A stretch of DNA of 64,000 bases from Rickettsia typhi (lineage in GTDB: Bacteria; Pseudomonadota; Alphaproteobacteria; Rickettsiales; Deianiraeaceae), in assembly GCA_945898725.1 (NCBI GenBank), contig CAMDIK010000007.1, positions 3,859-67,858 on the forward strand, given 5' to 3'. Made by a program: the position numbers and the translations under genes. Of the stretch, positions 1-10,612 are shown piece by piece. The notes beneath the pieces are model-generated. The model was not told where the DNA came from. It saw only the letters and a program-made list of their open reading frames with translations, and searched no databases. Every line of letters starts with the position of its first letter. The stretch's first letter is position 1.

Positions 1-679
1 TAAAAAAATCATCATCGATAGCAGTTTTACCCTTGATTTTATTGATAATTTCTTCAATTCTGTTCGCCGTATTTAATATTATGCTTTCGCTTGTTAAAAA
101 TTCAAAATATTCTTCCGCACAGTGGATTTCTTTAGTATTTACAGGGCTGGAAAACTTACATCCCCTTACCGCATTGGAAATTTTTACCCCAAAAATGTTA
201 CCATCAAGCGGTTTTTGGTTGAAAATTGCAGTGATTCCACGAATTGGACGAATCCACTCAAAAGTTCCATTCCAACGCATGGTTTTTACCCATATTTTCT
301 GGGAATCTACCAAGAATTCAGCAATTTTTTGTGGCAAAATATCGGCAGTATCTAAATTTTTTTCGGGGGTGGTGTATTCATAATGTTCTCCATTTTTCCC
401 CAATGAATTCAGGGTAATTGCGTATTTTTTTACAAAACCTTCCAGCGCCTGTTGCGGTGCAGAAATTTTCGGCCCACGAATAATCTCTGATTTTACGGTG
501 AATTTATCGCTTAAATTGCATAAAAACACCATTCTTACAGGGGTTGTGTAAAATTTCACACCGGCACGATCTGTGCTAAAATTTTTTGCAAAAAAATCCA
601 GCAATTTTGAGAAAATAATCTCACTGTGCATCTCTGCTGGAACCTCTTCCGTGTAAATTTCCAATAAAAATTCTGCCAT
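1..679 (-). CDS. glyS: Glycine--tRNA ligase beta subunit, N-terminal ~226 codons (gene runs off the left edge)
   Basis: My own minus-strand translation from the ATG (complement of 677-679) gives MAEFLLEIYTEEVPAEMHSEIIF...RGPKISAPQQALEGFVKKY. The LLxExxTEExPA start is the conserved GlyS N-terminus. The frame stays open to base 1, so it is absent from the ORF track. The + ORFs 33..383 and 122..355 are antisense shadows. Confidence 0.8.
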   Translation of the reverse strand, partial: MAEFLLEIYTEEVPAEMHSEIIFSKLLDFFAKNFSTDRAGVKFYTTPVRMVFLCNLSDKFTVKSEIIRGPKISAPQQALEGFVKKYAITLNSLGKNGEHYEYTTPEKNLDTADILPQKIAEFLVDSQKIWVKTMRWNGTFEWIRPIRGITAIFNQKPLDGNIFGVKISNAVRGCKFSSPVNTKEIHCAEEYFEFLTSESIILNTANRIEEIINKIKGKTAIDDDFF

Positions 680-751
680 ATTTACTGTAAATATATAATA
701 TATAGCATTATTAACATACTTTTTTTATTTTTCAATTGACTTTTTTTATTT

Positions 752-1510
752 TTGATATTTAGTATGTTTTTACAGCTATTTGTATTTGTGATGTCTGATA
801 CTTTTTCAATTTGGAATGCCTTAATTCACGCGAGTTTAGTGGTGAAAATTGTGCTTGGTTTGTTGTTTTTACTTTCAATTGGAAGTTGGAGTATTTTTTT
901 CCAAAAACTTTCCGGTATAAAACTTGCAATTTCGCGAAATAGTAAGTTTGAATCAAAGTTCTGGTCAGGAATTATGCTGGAAGATTTTTACCAGGTGATA
1001 AAAGGTGGTAAATTTAAGAGCTTTTATGCAGATATTTTTAGCAGCGCAATGGAGGAATGGATGTTAAGTGATATTACAAAATCCGTTATGGCTGTTGAGT
1101 TTATCAAGATTGGGGTCAGGGAAAGAATTTTAAGTGGAATGGAAAGAGAGAAGGTGAAAATTCAAGGAAAACTTTCCAAAGGACTGGGATTTTTATCGCT
1201 AATTGCATCAACCTCACCATTTATTGGTTTATTTGGTACGGTTTGGGGTGTTATGAATAGTTTTGCATCACTTTCTCAGGCTGGAAGTGTGACGCTTTCC
1301 GCGATTGCCCCTGGTATTTCCGAGGCGCTTTTTTCCACGGCTATTGGTCTTTTTGTTGCCTTGCCGGGCGTTGTTTTTTATTCAAAAATTCACGGAAAAG
1401 TTGACGACCTGAACACAACTTTAGATTCTTTTTCAATAGATATTGCAAATGTTCTGTCTAGAGAGTTGGATAATTTTTCGGTAAAAAACTATATGGAAGT
1501 TAATAAGTAG
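752..1510 (+). CDS. tolQ: Tol-Pal system protein TolQ (MotA/TolQ/ExbB proton channel)
   Basis: Three predicted TM segments and the family signature region LIASTSPFIGLFGTVWGVMNSF. It is followed by tolR and a TolA-like gene. The track start at 752 is TTG; ATGs at 764 and 791 are equally plausible starts. Confidence 0.85.
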   Translation: MIFSMFLQLFVFVMSDTFSIWNALIHASLVVKIVLGLLFLLSIGSWSIFFQKLSGIKLAISRNSKFESKFWSGIMLEDFYQVIKGGKFKSFYADIFSSAMEEWMLSDITKSVMAVEFIKIGVRERILSGMEREKVKIQGKLSKGLGFLSLIASTSPFIGLFGTVWGVMNSFASLSQAGSVTLSAIAPGISEALFSTAIGLFVALPGVVFYSKIHGKVDDLNTTLDSFSIDIANVLSRELDNFSVKNYMEVNK

Positions 1511-1515
1511 AATAT

Positions 1516-1965
1516 ATGGCGCTACCTACCAGACCCGCACAGGTTATAAAATTTAGCAAAAAAAGACGCAGCAGTGGCATTCCGCCAGAGATAAATGTCA
1601 CTCCATTTGTTGATGTTTTGCTTGTTTTGTTGATTATTTTTATGGTTGCATCGCCTGCTATTGTTTCCGGTTTGAATATCGAACTTCCGCGCGGTGAGGC
1701 AAATCACGAAGTTATGGCTAATGATAAAAGTATAACGGTTACGTTGGATAGCTCTAATCAAATTTTTGTGAATGATTCGCGAATTTCAAGGGATGGTTTG
1801 GGCGTGCAAATTGATTCCGCTTCCGATGGAAATAAAGATGCAATTATCTTCCTGCGTGCTGATAGAGTTTTGCAATATGGGGCGATTATGTCGGTTATTA
1901 ATGACCTGGCGAAGAATGGGTATGCAAAAATTGTGCTTGTAACGGAGGATGAAAAAGGAGGATAA
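1516..1965 (+). CDS. tolR: Tol-Pal system protein TolR (ExbD/TolR family)
   Basis: 149 aa with a single N-terminal TM and the ExbD/TolR pattern EINVTPFVDVLLVLLIIFMV. Starts 5 nt after the tolQ stop. Confidence 0.85.
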   Translation: MALPTRPAQVIKFSKKRRSSGIPPEINVTPFVDVLLVLLIIFMVASPAIVSGLNIELPRGEANHEVMANDKSITVTLDSSNQIFVNDSRISRDGLGVQIDSASDGNKDAIIFLRADRVLQYGAIMSVINDLAKNGYAKIVLVTEDEKGG

Positions 1966-2947
1966 CAAAACAGATCTTGCGAAAAAGCCAGCGCCAAAAC
2001 CCAAGGTTCGCAAGCCTAAAGCTTCAGATCTGATACACGATTTTGAGATAGATATTATCAAGTCTATTCCAATTTATGACAGATTTATTACATTTTTACG
2101 CAGCATTTGGAAAAAATCCAAATTGCAGTTGATGTTTGACCTAAAGGATGAAGGTGGAAATGCGCAGAAAAGCATTGAAATTGCCTTCGCAATTCACTTG
2201 ATTCTTTTAATTCTGATAATTTTCCCGTATGACAAGCTTTATGTGAAAAATATCGTTAGACCATCGGGTGTTTTTGTAAAATTGCAAATGATTTCCAAGC
2301 CAAATCCAAATGGAAATAATATTGCCGCCTCGAATTTAGTTGATGTGCAAAGCAATCAAAAGGCGTTGGATAAATCAAGCGCTGCTGCACTAAATCCCAA
2401 AAGCGATGCCGTTGTGAAAGGTGGAATTTCCTCTTTATTGGACGATATTAACTCCAAAGTTAGGAATATTATTGACAAAAAACCGGAAACAAAAAAAGCA
2501 ACCGAAGCAAAGCAAGTGGCGAAAAATTCCAGTGCAAATTCGCAAAATTCGCCCGATGGAACGGGTATAAAAGATGCAGCAGATGATGCGCAAGACATAA
2601 ATTCCGTCACCTCCCATGGTGAAATGGACAGCGTGCAAAACGGAAAGCAGATTATCGCCGCGCAATTGCATGCCTGTTGGACGGCAACCCAGGTAAATTC
2701 CCAAATGCCGCCTGGAATTTCTGTGGATGTTGTGCTGCATTTTTCTTCAGATGGAAACATTCAAACCTACAATATCTTGCCAAAACAATATGCAAATCCA
2801 AACCAGGCTTTGGCGTATTCAACGGCGGTGGATAGCGCAAGGCAGGCGATCTCAAATTGCCGATATATCAAGGGATTAAGCGTAAATACATACGATTCCT
2901 GGAAGGTTTTGAATGTGTCTTTCAAGTATTCAAAGATTGATTTATAA
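1949..2947 (+). CDS. tolA: TolA-like protein (N-terminal TM anchor, K/A/S-rich linker, TolA/TonB-type C-terminal domain)
   Basis: Overlaps the tolR end by 17 nt. It has one TM (IAFAIHLILLILIIF), a low-complexity linker, and a C-terminal domain with the pattern ...CWTA....PGISVDVVLHFSSDGNI... typical of TolA/TonB C-termini. Its position after tolQR supports the call. Confidence 0.55.
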   Translation: MKKEDNKTDLAKKPAPKPKVRKPKASDLIHDFEIDIIKSIPIYDRFITFLRSIWKKSKLQLMFDLKDEGGNAQKSIEIAFAIHLILLILIIFPYDKLYVKNIVRPSGVFVKLQMISKPNPNGNNIAASNLVDVQSNQKALDKSSAAALNPKSDAVVKGGISSLLDDINSKVRNIIDKKPETKKATEAKQVAKNSSANSQNSPDGTGIKDAADDAQDINSVTSHGEMDSVQNGKQIIAAQLHACWTATQVNSQMPPGISVDVVLHFSSDGNIQTYNILPKQYANPNQALAYSTAVDSARQAISNCRYIKGLSVNTYDSWKVLNVSFKYSKIDL

Positions 2948-3016
2948 TTCTGTGGGTAAAACAATTTTATTGACTAATATTTTTTTACATGGAAACTGGA
3001 ACAAAATTTTACTGCT

Positions 3017-4426
3017 ATGAATTTTGATATTTTAGTTATAGGCGCGGGGCCGGGTGGATATGTTTGTGCAATTAGAGCGGCGCAATTAGGTTTAAAAGTG
3101 GGTATTGTTGAAAAAGAGCATTTTGGCGGAATTTGTGCCAATTGGGGCTGTATTCCCACGAAAGCCTTGCTGAGATCTTCAGAAGTTTATCACCTTGCAA
3201 AACACGCGAAAGATTTTGGCGTTATTGCTGAAAATATCAAACCTGATCTTAGCGCGATGATTGCGCGATCTAGAAATGTTGCAAAAACAATGCAAAATGG
3301 CGTCTCATCCTTGATGAAAAAAAATAAAATCGAGACAATAAACGGCACAGCAAATTTTGTGGACAAAAATACCATAGAAGTGCAAAATGATGGAAAATCT
3401 TTCCGGTTTACAGCTAAAAATATCGTGATTGCAACCGGTGCTCGCGCCAGAATTTTGCCCGGTTTTGAGCCAGATGGAGAGCGAATTTGGACTTATAAAG
3501 AGGCGATGAATCCAAGCTTTACTCCGAAATCTGTGGTTGTCATTGGTAGCGGCGCAATCGGCGCAGAATTTGCCTATTTTTACAACTCAATTGGCGTAAA
3601 AACCACTATTTTAGAGGCAATGGATAGAATTTTGCCGGTGGAAGACAAGGATGTTTCAAGTTTTGTGGAAAAATCTTTTAAAAAAGACGGAATGGACGTG
3701 CAATGCGGGGTGAAATTGCAATCTATGCGCCGTGATAAGAAATCTGTTGAGGTTTTTTACGAACTTTCTGGGCAAAAAATGTCAATCGTCGCAGATGCTT
3801 TAATTATGGCGGTGGGCGTGGTGCCAAACACCGAAAATCTTAATCTTGATCTCGCAAATGTGAAGTTGGACGGTAAAAATTTAGTAAGCGTAGATAGCTT
3901 TTGTCAGACATCCACTTCAAATATTTATGCAATTGGGGATATTGTTACGGGTCCATGGCTTGCCCACAAAGCGTCTCACGAAGGCGTGATTGTTGCAGAA
4001 AAAGTGGCGTCAGAGCTGGGAAAATACGATAAAAAGAAGATTCATCCAATCGTTCGTGAAAATATACCCGGGTGCACTTATTGCAAACCCCAGGTTGCAA
4101 GTTTGGGCTTGACGGAGGAAAAAGCTAAAGAGAAATTTAAAGATATAAAGGTTGGAAAATTCCCTTTGATGGCAAATGGAAAAGCCGTTGCGCTTGGTGA
4201 AATTGATGGTTTTGTGAAGATAATATTTGCAGGAAATACTGGAGAAATTATTGGTTGTCACATGGTTGGTGCCGAAGTTACAGAGATGATTCAGGGTATT
4301 GGAGTTGCAAAACAAGCCGAGCTTACCGAGGAAGATTTAATGCAAACAATCTTTCCACACCCAACAATTAGCGAAAGCATACATGAAGCGGCGCTGTCTG
4401 CTTATGGAAAGGCGTTGCATTTCTAA
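3017..4426 (+). CDS. lpdA: Dihydrolipoyl dehydrogenase (E3)
   Basis: FAD fold VIGAGPGGYVCAIRAAQLG, redox-active disulfide motif GGICANWGCIPTK, second dinucleotide fold VVIGSGAIGAEFA, and C-terminal HPTISESI. Confidence 0.95.
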   Translation: MNFDILVIGAGPGGYVCAIRAAQLGLKVGIVEKEHFGGICANWGCIPTKALLRSSEVYHLAKHAKDFGVIAENIKPDLSAMIARSRNVAKTMQNGVSSLMKKNKIETINGTANFVDKNTIEVQNDGKSFRFTAKNIVIATGARARILPGFEPDGERIWTYKEAMNPSFTPKSVVVIGSGAIGAEFAYFYNSIGVKTTILEAMDRILPVEDKDVSSFVEKSFKKDGMDVQCGVKLQSMRRDKKSVEVFYELSGQKMSIVADALIMAVGVVPNTENLNLDLANVKLDGKNLVSVDSFCQTSTSNIYAIGDIVTGPWLAHKASHEGVIVAEKVASELGKYDKKKIHPIVRENIPGCTYCKPQVASLGLTEEKAKEKFKDIKVGKFPLMANGKAVALGEIDGFVKIIFAGNTGEIIGCHMVGAEVTEMIQGIGVAKQAELTEEDLMQTIFPHPTISESIHEAALSAYGKALHF

Positions 4427-4525
4427 TCACGTAACCACAGAGAGATTTTTATAAATGCTTATAATTTTAGTGTGAATCCAAAATTCAGCATAGAGAATAA
4501 TAAATATTTTAACCTATTTTAAGCT

Positions 4526-5629
4526 TTATTTATCGACATCTATTTCGTCAATTTTGCTTTCAGCAAGCTCCTCTTCGCTTGGAACTTCCTCCTCCGTGAT
4601 ATCAATTGTTCCAAATTTGGCACGAATTTTTTGCTCCAACTCATCAGCAAGTTTGTGATCTGATTTCAACAACTCTCTAACCTTTTCCTTTCCTTGCCCA
4701 AGTTTTTCGTTGTTGTAATAATAATATGATCCAGATTTTTGCAACAAATCCATCTTTTCTGCTATGTCCAATATCTCCCCTTCTTTACTAATTCCCTGTC
4801 CATAAAGCATTTCAAGTTGAACTTTTTTGAACGGCGGAGCAACTTTATTTTTTACTATTTTAAATTCTGTAATTGAACCGCATGGCTCCTCTTTTGAATA
4901 AAGGGTTTTAATTTTCTTCACCTCAATACGAACTGAAGCATAGAATTTTAATGCAAATCCACCTGTAGTTGTTTCTGAAGGACCTTGAGAGTAGCCCGTT
5001 GATATTTTTGCCCTAATTTGGTTGATGAAAATCACAATACAACCAGTTCTAGAAATAGAAGCCGTGATTTTTCGAAGCGCGCGAGACATAAGTCTTGCTT
5101 GCCCGCCAATCCCCTGCTGATCCATATCTCCATCCAATTCCGCTTTGGGAACTAGTGCTGCAACAGAATCTATTACCAAAACATCAACAGATCCGGAGCG
5201 AATTAATGTGTCACTAATTTCCAAAGCCTGCTCCCCGCAATCAGGCTGGGAAAGTAGTAAATTATCCAAATTAACACCAAGTTGCTTTGCATATTTGGGG
5301 TCTAAAGCGTGTTCTGCGTCAATAAATGCACAATTTCCACCAAGTTTTTGGGAAGAAGCGATAACCGTGAGAGCTAGTGTTGTTTTTCCAGAGCTTTCGT
5401 GCCCAAATATCTCAACAATTCTACCTTTTGGAAGCCCCCCGCAACCAAGAGCTGCATCAAGAGACAAAAATCCCGTTGGTATTACATCAACTTTCATATT
5501 AGATTTTGTGCCAAGCATCATAACCGACCCCTTGCCATACATTTTTTCAATTTGCCCTATTGCATCTTGCAAAGATCGCATTTTTGCACTATTTTCAACG
5601 CTTTCCGCGCTTGCTTTTTCTTTCGCCAT
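4526..5629 (-). CDS. recA: Recombinase RecA
   Basis: Walker [13 protein letters not shown], then [11 protein letters not shown] and [10 protein letters not shown]. The track start at 5644 is TTG; the ATG at 5629 (MAKEKAS...) is the more likely start. The C-terminal tail is acidic. Confidence 0.95.
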   Translation of the reverse strand: MAKEKASAESVENSAKMRSLQDAIGQIEKMYGKGSVMMLGTKSNMKVDVIPTGFLSLDAALGCGGLPKGRIVEIFGHESSGKTTLALTVIASSQKLGGNCAFIDAEHALDPKYAKQLGVNLDNLLLSQPDCGEQALEISDTLIRSGSVDVLVIDSVAALVPKAELDGDMDQQGIGGQARLMSRALRKITASISRTGCIVIFINQIRAKISTGYSQGPSETTTGGFALKFYASVRIEVKKIKTLYSKEEPCGSITEFKIVKNKVAPPFKKVQLEMLYGQGISKEGEILDIAEKMDLLQKSGSYYYYNNEKLGQGKEKVRELLKSDHKLADELEQKIRAKFGTIDITEEEVPSEEELAESKIDEIDVDK

Positions 5630-5708
5630 ATGCAAATATACCAAAAATCAACACAAGCAAGCCTCAGATTATTTAAAAAGCAAGCATTTTTTACAAAAAA
5701 ATTCCTTG

Positions 5709-6524
5709 CTATATATTATATATAAAAATATTATTTTCTTCGGCAAGCTGTTGAATTTGCCCAGGATTGTCAAGAATGGTGTTTTTTGGGTTAATTGCAA
5801 TGCCGCAAAAGCCTGATTCCACAAGATTTTTTATGGTTTTTTCACCGATTGTTGGCGCATCCAGCCGCGTATCTTGATTGGTTTTTATCAACTTTACAAG
5901 CACAGGATTTCCAGTAAATCTGCCATTTTCCCGGTATTTTTTGCACCGCGCGATAAGCTCGTCAGTGCCCTCCGCGGCTTCAATTCCGATGACCCTTCCA
6001 TTGCATATTGCAACTGATTGCGCTATGTCAAAATCTGCTATTGCACCCAGTATTTTCACGCCAAATTCTATGTCATTTTGCTGTTCTTTTGTTGGAGATT
6101 TTGATGTTTTTAAGATATTGGCGGGCAGAAAATCGATTGGATTTAGTATTTTAATACCTTTTTTTTCAACAAAACCCGCAATTAGCGTGAGAATTGCATT
6201 ATCTCCGCGATTTTTTAGACGCAAAATTTTCCATATCAACACAGCTCCTAATATATCTGGTTTTATTGCCTTAAAATCAGGCAAATTCATACCGCCAATC
6301 ATCATGATATTTTCAATTTTTTGTGCCTTGATTGTGCGAATAATTTTACCAATTTTGCCAAGTGGGATAATTCTGTGCGGGTAATTTTGAAGTCTTTCAT
6401 CTGAATATATCTGATCCAGTAATATCAAAAAAACCCCATTCTGCTGGGAGATAATTCTATTTGCCACCTCAAATGGCATACTTCCATTTCCACAAATAAT
6501 GCAGTATTTCACAATTTTTTTCAC
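5709..6524 (-). CDS. lpxI: UDP-2,3-diacylglucosamine pyrophosphatase LpxI (DUF1009 family)
   Basis: 271 aa with N-terminal IICGNGSMPFEV and C-terminal TRLDAPTIGEKTI...GFCGIAI, the pattern I recall for the alphaproteobacterial LpxI that replaces LpxH. Confidence 0.7.
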   Translation of the reverse strand: MKKIVKYCIICGNGSMPFEVANRIISQQNGVFLILLDQIYSDERLQNYPHRIIPLGKIGKIIRTIKAQKIENIMMIGGMNLPDFKAIKPDILGAVLIWKILRLKNRGDNAILTLIAGFVEKKGIKILNPIDFLPANILKTSKSPTKEQQNDIEFGVKILGAIADFDIAQSVAICNGRVIGIEAAEGTDELIARCKKYRENGRFTGNPVLVKLIKTNQDTRLDAPTIGEKTIKNLVESGFCGIAINPKNTILDNPGQIQQLAEENNIFIYNI

Positions 6525-6657
6525 ACTTACCCCGCCTATTTACATGGGTTATAAATAAAATTCAAGCCTGTATACTGATTTTTTAAAAAAAATAAAAAAG
6601 TACTTGCATAATAAAAAAAACGGTATTGAGTATTGGCGTGTGTTTTGTATATATATT

Positions 6658-7371
6658 ATGTCTAATACTCGTTTTAGTGCTTTTAGCTCAACAAAAGTGG
6701 CGTCTTTTAATCAAGGACTTAGAGAATATATGCTTGGCGTATATAATTATATGACAATTGCACTTGCAATTAGTGGCGTTGTGGCTTATTTTACTGCTTA
6801 TTCAGGGCTGGCTTATGTTATATTTTCAGGTCCACTGGGAATGTTGGTTGCCTTTGCTCCACTTATTATGTCTTTTTATTTAGCCTTTAAATTTCAGAGC
6901 ATGAGCTTTGAATCTGTAAGAAATTTCTTGCTTTTATACGCTGTTTTAATGGGACTTTCCCTGTCTTCAGTGTTTTTGGTATATGCCATGGAAAGCGTTG
7001 CTCGTGCATTTTTTATTACCTCTGGAATGTTTGGATTTATGAGCATTTACGGCTATACAACCAAAAAAGACTTATCTTCAATGGGTTCTTTTTTAATGAT
7101 GGGCGCTATGGGAATTTTAATTGCTTCTATTGTTAATATTTTTATGCATAGCCAGGGACTTTCTATGCTGATTTCATTTCTTGCTGTTATTATTTTCACA
7201 GGGCTTACCGCTTATGATACGCAGAAAATTCGTGATATGTACTACTCCCTTGGTAATAATACTGAAATGGCAAAAAAAGTTGCAGTATTCGGCGCATTTC
7301 AGCTTTATATGGATTTTGTGGTAATATTTGTTCATATGTTAAGATTACTTGAAGCCGCAAGAAGGAACTAG
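6658..7371 (+). CDS. Bax-inhibitor-1/YccA family inner-membrane protein
   Basis: Seven hydrophobic segments and the family motif TAYDTQKIRDMY near the C-terminus. The track start at 6604 is TTG; the first ATG at 6658 gives a typical ~237-aa protein. Confidence 0.8.
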   Translation: MSNTRFSAFSSTKVASFNQGLREYMLGVYNYMTIALAISGVVAYFTAYSGLAYVIFSGPLGMLVAFAPLIMSFYLAFKFQSMSFESVRNFLLLYAVLMGLSLSSVFLVYAMESVARAFFITSGMFGFMSIYGYTTKKDLSSMGSFLMMGAMGILIASIVNIFMHSQGLSMLISFLAVIIFTGLTAYDTQKIRDMYYSLGNNTEMAKKVAVFGAFQLYMDFVVIFVHMLRLLEAARRN

Positions 7372-7573
7372 TAAAACATAAAAACAGTCTATCTGAATTT
7401 ATTTGAGAGTGCAATTGATTATTTAAATGAAGCTCTAGAATATTACTTAAAAGCCAGAGATTCTGATAATACAAGATTGTATAAATTTTGTATTTTACAT
7501 GTTATTAAATATTTGTTGGTCAAAAATAACTTGACAATTCCAGAGCAGTCGTTTTGCTCTAAAAGCTATGTAT

Positions 7574-8569
7574 TCAGCACTGTGCAAAATGTAATTTTAA
7601 ATAATTACACACAGCAAGTCCACTTGCAAATGCACTTTCCACCCCGGTTCCAAAGCACCAATCTCCGCACGAAATCAGGTAATTTTCCCAATCTGCGAAG
7701 AACCCCCCTTCCACCCCCGGCAAATTCGCTTTTGCATAAAGCCAGCGATGCACTTGCATGGTTGAGGGGTGTAGATTTTTTTGAAAAACATCCTCCAATT
7801 CAGCGATAATCACTCTTCCAATTTCATCTTTATCTCTATCAATATTTTGCTTTGCCCAGCTGTGATCTGTAAAAACAACCAAGCTTGAATGCGCTTTTCT
7901 GCCGGGTTTTTGATGATTTGCAATTAGAAAATCAATCGCGCAGTTTTGAAAATATGCAACATCCCAGTCGTGCGAATGCAAAATTTCCCCTTCAAAACCA
8001 AGCATCGCGGCAAATGTGGGAAGCATTTCACGCTTTGCTATTTCGGCAAAATAAGAGCAATTTTGCGGCAATATTTCCGCCGCCTGGGGCGCTGGAGTGG
8101 TTGTAATTACCACGTCAAAACCTTGATATTTCTGCATTTTATCGTCAATTAGCTGCCATTTTTGCGATATTTTTTCAAGTGTGATAATTTTCGTTTCCAG
8201 TTTTACATCCAAGCTTTGTGCAAGATATTTTCCAATTGAATTCATCCTTGGCGTTCCAATAAAACAGGTTTCCGCTGGAAAATTTGGGGTGTATATTTTT
8301 GAATGAAAGCTGCTGTCTGCAAATTTCAAATTCCACGGGGTAACCAGATTTTTAAGCATAAGCGGGCGCAAAAAACTCTTAAATTCTTCGGTTTTTACGG
8401 TGAAAAATGGCGCACCGTGATCAAATTCCCAGTCACCCACATAGCGCGTTGCCATTCTTCCGCCAACGCCCCTGGATTTTTCAAATACTGTAATTTCCGC
8501 TTGATTTTTCAGCAAATTTGCCATCACAAGCCCTGCAAAACCCCCGCCTATTATTGCAATTTTGGTCAT
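7574..8569 (-). CDS. NAD(P)/FAD-dependent oxidoreductase (renalase-like, COG3380-type)
   Basis: N-terminal Rossmann motif KIAIIGGGFAGLVMANLL followed by EKSRGVGGRM. Size is 331 aa. Confidence 0.7.
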   Translation of the reverse strand: MTKIAIIGGGFAGLVMANLLKNQAEITVFEKSRGVGGRMATRYVGDWEFDHGAPFFTVKTEEFKSFLRPLMLKNLVTPWNLKFADSSFHSKIYTPNFPAETCFIGTPRMNSIGKYLAQSLDVKLETKIITLEKISQKWQLIDDKMQKYQGFDVVITTTPAPQAAEILPQNCSYFAEIAKREMLPTFAAMLGFEGEILHSHDWDVAYFQNCAIDFLIANHQKPGRKAHSSLVVFTDHSWAKQNIDRDKDEIGRVIIAELEDVFQKNLHPSTMQVHRWLYAKANLPGVEGGFFADWENYLISCGDWCFGTGVESAFASGLAVCNYLKLHFAQC

Positions 8570-8645
8570 AATTATTTAGCAAACTGCATCTTAATTGTGA
8601 ATATTTCTGTTTTTGTCAAGGGATTTTTTGCATAAAAATTTTGCA

Positions 8646-9356
8646 TCACAAAAGCCCAATTCGAATATTAAAATCTTCCAGCCGCCTCTTAATTTCCTTG
8701 TAATTTGGGGTAAACTCCCCCTGAAGTTTGTGAAATTTGGCACCGTGATTTTTGTGCTTTAGGTGACAAAGTTCGTGCATTATTACATAGTCAATGCACT
8801 CAAACGGGGTGTGAATTAAGTGCGTATTTAGGGTCATATTTCCATCACTAGACATGGAACCCCACCTGGATTTCATTTTTCTTAAGGTTAAATTCGGGTA
8901 TGGATATTGGTGTTTTTTGGAAAAAATGGCAAAATTTACCTTCAGCCTTTCTTCAAAAACCTCTTTTGCCATATCGGAAAACCATTTTGTGAGTATATTT
9001 TTTACACTTCTTTTTGGTGTTTTGTGGATGAAAATTTCACTCTCCGTATGCATGATTGAATTATTTTTCGCCTCTACAACCCGCAGTTGATATTCCTTTC
9101 CAAGGTAACAAAAAACCTCACCGCTTACATATTCCTTTTTTCGTGGTAAGTTCTTTTGATTTTGCTGAAAATGCTCAATTTTCTTGCTTATCCAGGCTTG
9201 TTTTTGCTCTATAATTTGGTCAATATTTTTCTGCGGCAACCACCTGGGAACGCGCACTTTTACAGTGCAATCGGGGTAAACTTGAATAGAAATACTTCTG
9301 CGATTTTGGGAGGGGAGAATTTGAATTTTGCAGTCTTTGTTTATCATAATTTGCAA
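8646..9356 (-). CDS. YgjP-like zinc metallohydrolase (DUF45 / M48-like)
   Basis: 236 aa with the C-terminal zinc motif YVIMHELCHLKHKNH characteristic of DUF45/YgjP proteins. Confidence 0.75.
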   Translation of the reverse strand: MQIMINKDCKIQILPSQNRRSISIQVYPDCTVKVRVPRWLPQKNIDQIIEQKQAWISKKIEHFQQNQKNLPRKKEYVSGEVFCYLGKEYQLRVVEAKNNSIMHTESEIFIHKTPKRSVKNILTKWFSDMAKEVFEERLKVNFAIFSKKHQYPYPNLTLRKMKSRWGSMSSDGNMTLNTHLIHTPFECIDYVIMHELCHLKHKNHGAKFHKLQGEFTPNYKEIKRRLEDFNIRIGLL

Positions 9357-9480
9357 TGTTTTGACGATTTTACTGTGCTATAAATTCACACCATTTCCTG
9401 TTTGTCAAGCAAATTTCCTTGATTTTAAGAATAATCTATTTTGAATTTCACGATTACGCTTGTGTGTTGAGTAAAATTAT

Positions 9481-10452
9481 ATGAAAAAGTATCAGCTATT
9501 GGTGATTATTGTTTTGTTTGCGTGTGCAAGAAGCGCCGTGGGCATTAAATCGTGCGAGGATATTACAAATTCACTAACCAAGCACGGGATTAATGTTTTG
9601 CGGAGTGAAAAAATGACAGGCGGATTTGCAGATTTAGTTTGCAAAATCAATACAGGAAGTAATTTTATTGTAGTTAAATATTTTCGCGATAATCAAGATT
9701 TTTTGAATGAGTCAAAGATTTTTTTCGCATCGCAAAATAGCAATATTACCCCAAAAATTCTAAAAACATTCCCGGAAAATAGATTGATTGCCATGAGCTT
9801 CATCGATGGAAAGTTTGTTAATTTTCTTGATAAAAGAGAGGCGAAATTGACTAGAAAATTTGGAAGCGTGTTGCGTCAATACCACCAAATTGAATATGGC
9901 GATTCCCCGGTTAGGGATATTGTTCTTGAAAAGGCAGATAAAATTTTACCTATATTGCACGGTGATTTGCGCAATAAAGTGCTGTTTGTTCTGGAAAAGT
10001 ATCAAAAATTTAACATCAAACACCCGGGAATTTGTCACGGTGATTCGTGGAAAAACAATTTCCTTGTAAACAAGAATGATGAGGTGATTGTGATAGATTT
10101 TTCCAATAGCCACAGGTGTAGCAATGTTTTGCTTGATTTGGCTGACCTGGTGGTGTCATATTCTGCACATGAATCTGATGAAATGCATATTATGCATGGA
10201 TATTTCAACAGAAAGCCAACAAAAGCAGAGCTTTCTGAAGTTAGTTTATTGAAAAAATTTGCCAAATTTAAAGTTGCCTTGAGCGTGCTTGCTCTTTTAG
10301 AGGGGCAAGAAATCAACCTTGATGATTTAATCCTGGGAGAGGATTGGAATTACAAAACCCTGAACTCCGCTTACGAAATTGGCACAAAACCATTCAATCC
10401 AGCGGAATTTGCAAAAGCTCTGATAACCGAGGCGTTTAATGATTTGAGGTAG
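9481..10452 (+). CDS. Phosphotransferase of the APH/choline-kinase fold with an N-terminal signal peptide
   Basis: Signal-like N-terminus MKKYQLLVIIVLFACARSAVG. Brenner-type catalytic motif ICHGDSWKNNFLV followed by VIVIDFSNS (the DFG-equivalent). Confidence 0.6.
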   Translation: MKKYQLLVIIVLFACARSAVGIKSCEDITNSLTKHGINVLRSEKMTGGFADLVCKINTGSNFIVVKYFRDNQDFLNESKIFFASQNSNITPKILKTFPENRLIAMSFIDGKFVNFLDKREAKLTRKFGSVLRQYHQIEYGDSPVRDIVLEKADKILPILHGDLRNKVLFVLEKYQKFNIKHPGICHGDSWKNNFLVNKNDEVIVIDFSNSHRCSNVLLDLADLVVSYSAHESDEMHIMHGYFNRKPTKAELSEVSLLKKFAKFKVALSVLALLEGQEINLDDLILGEDWNYKTLNSAYEIGTKPFNPAEFAKALITEAFNDLR

Positions 10453-10612
10453 AAGATCGGTAGCGCTGATATGCTAATAACCTAATTAAGCACTCTGTCT
10501 TTTTGCAAGTATTTTACAACAATCAATACTACAAGCGAACTGCGATGTGATGCAAAATTTAAGCAGCTGGTTTGCCGCTTTAGTAAAAATCTTATCGCAA
10601 TAAATCCATTCC

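Noticed and set aside
33-383. Plus-strand ORFs 33..383 and 122..355 at the left edge
   Set aside because: They lie antisense to a clear glyS reading frame (minus strand, conserved N-terminus) and have low-complexity hydrophobic translations. They are shadow ORFs.
5145-5816. Long antisense ORFs opposite recA, lpxI, maeB, fusA, alaS, carB and others (for example 5145..5816, 11451..11906, 33981..34439, 58731..59201)
   Set aside because: Each fully overlaps a strongly supported housekeeping gene on the other strand and shows no family motif. These are typical shadow ORFs, open by chance opposite a real coding frame.
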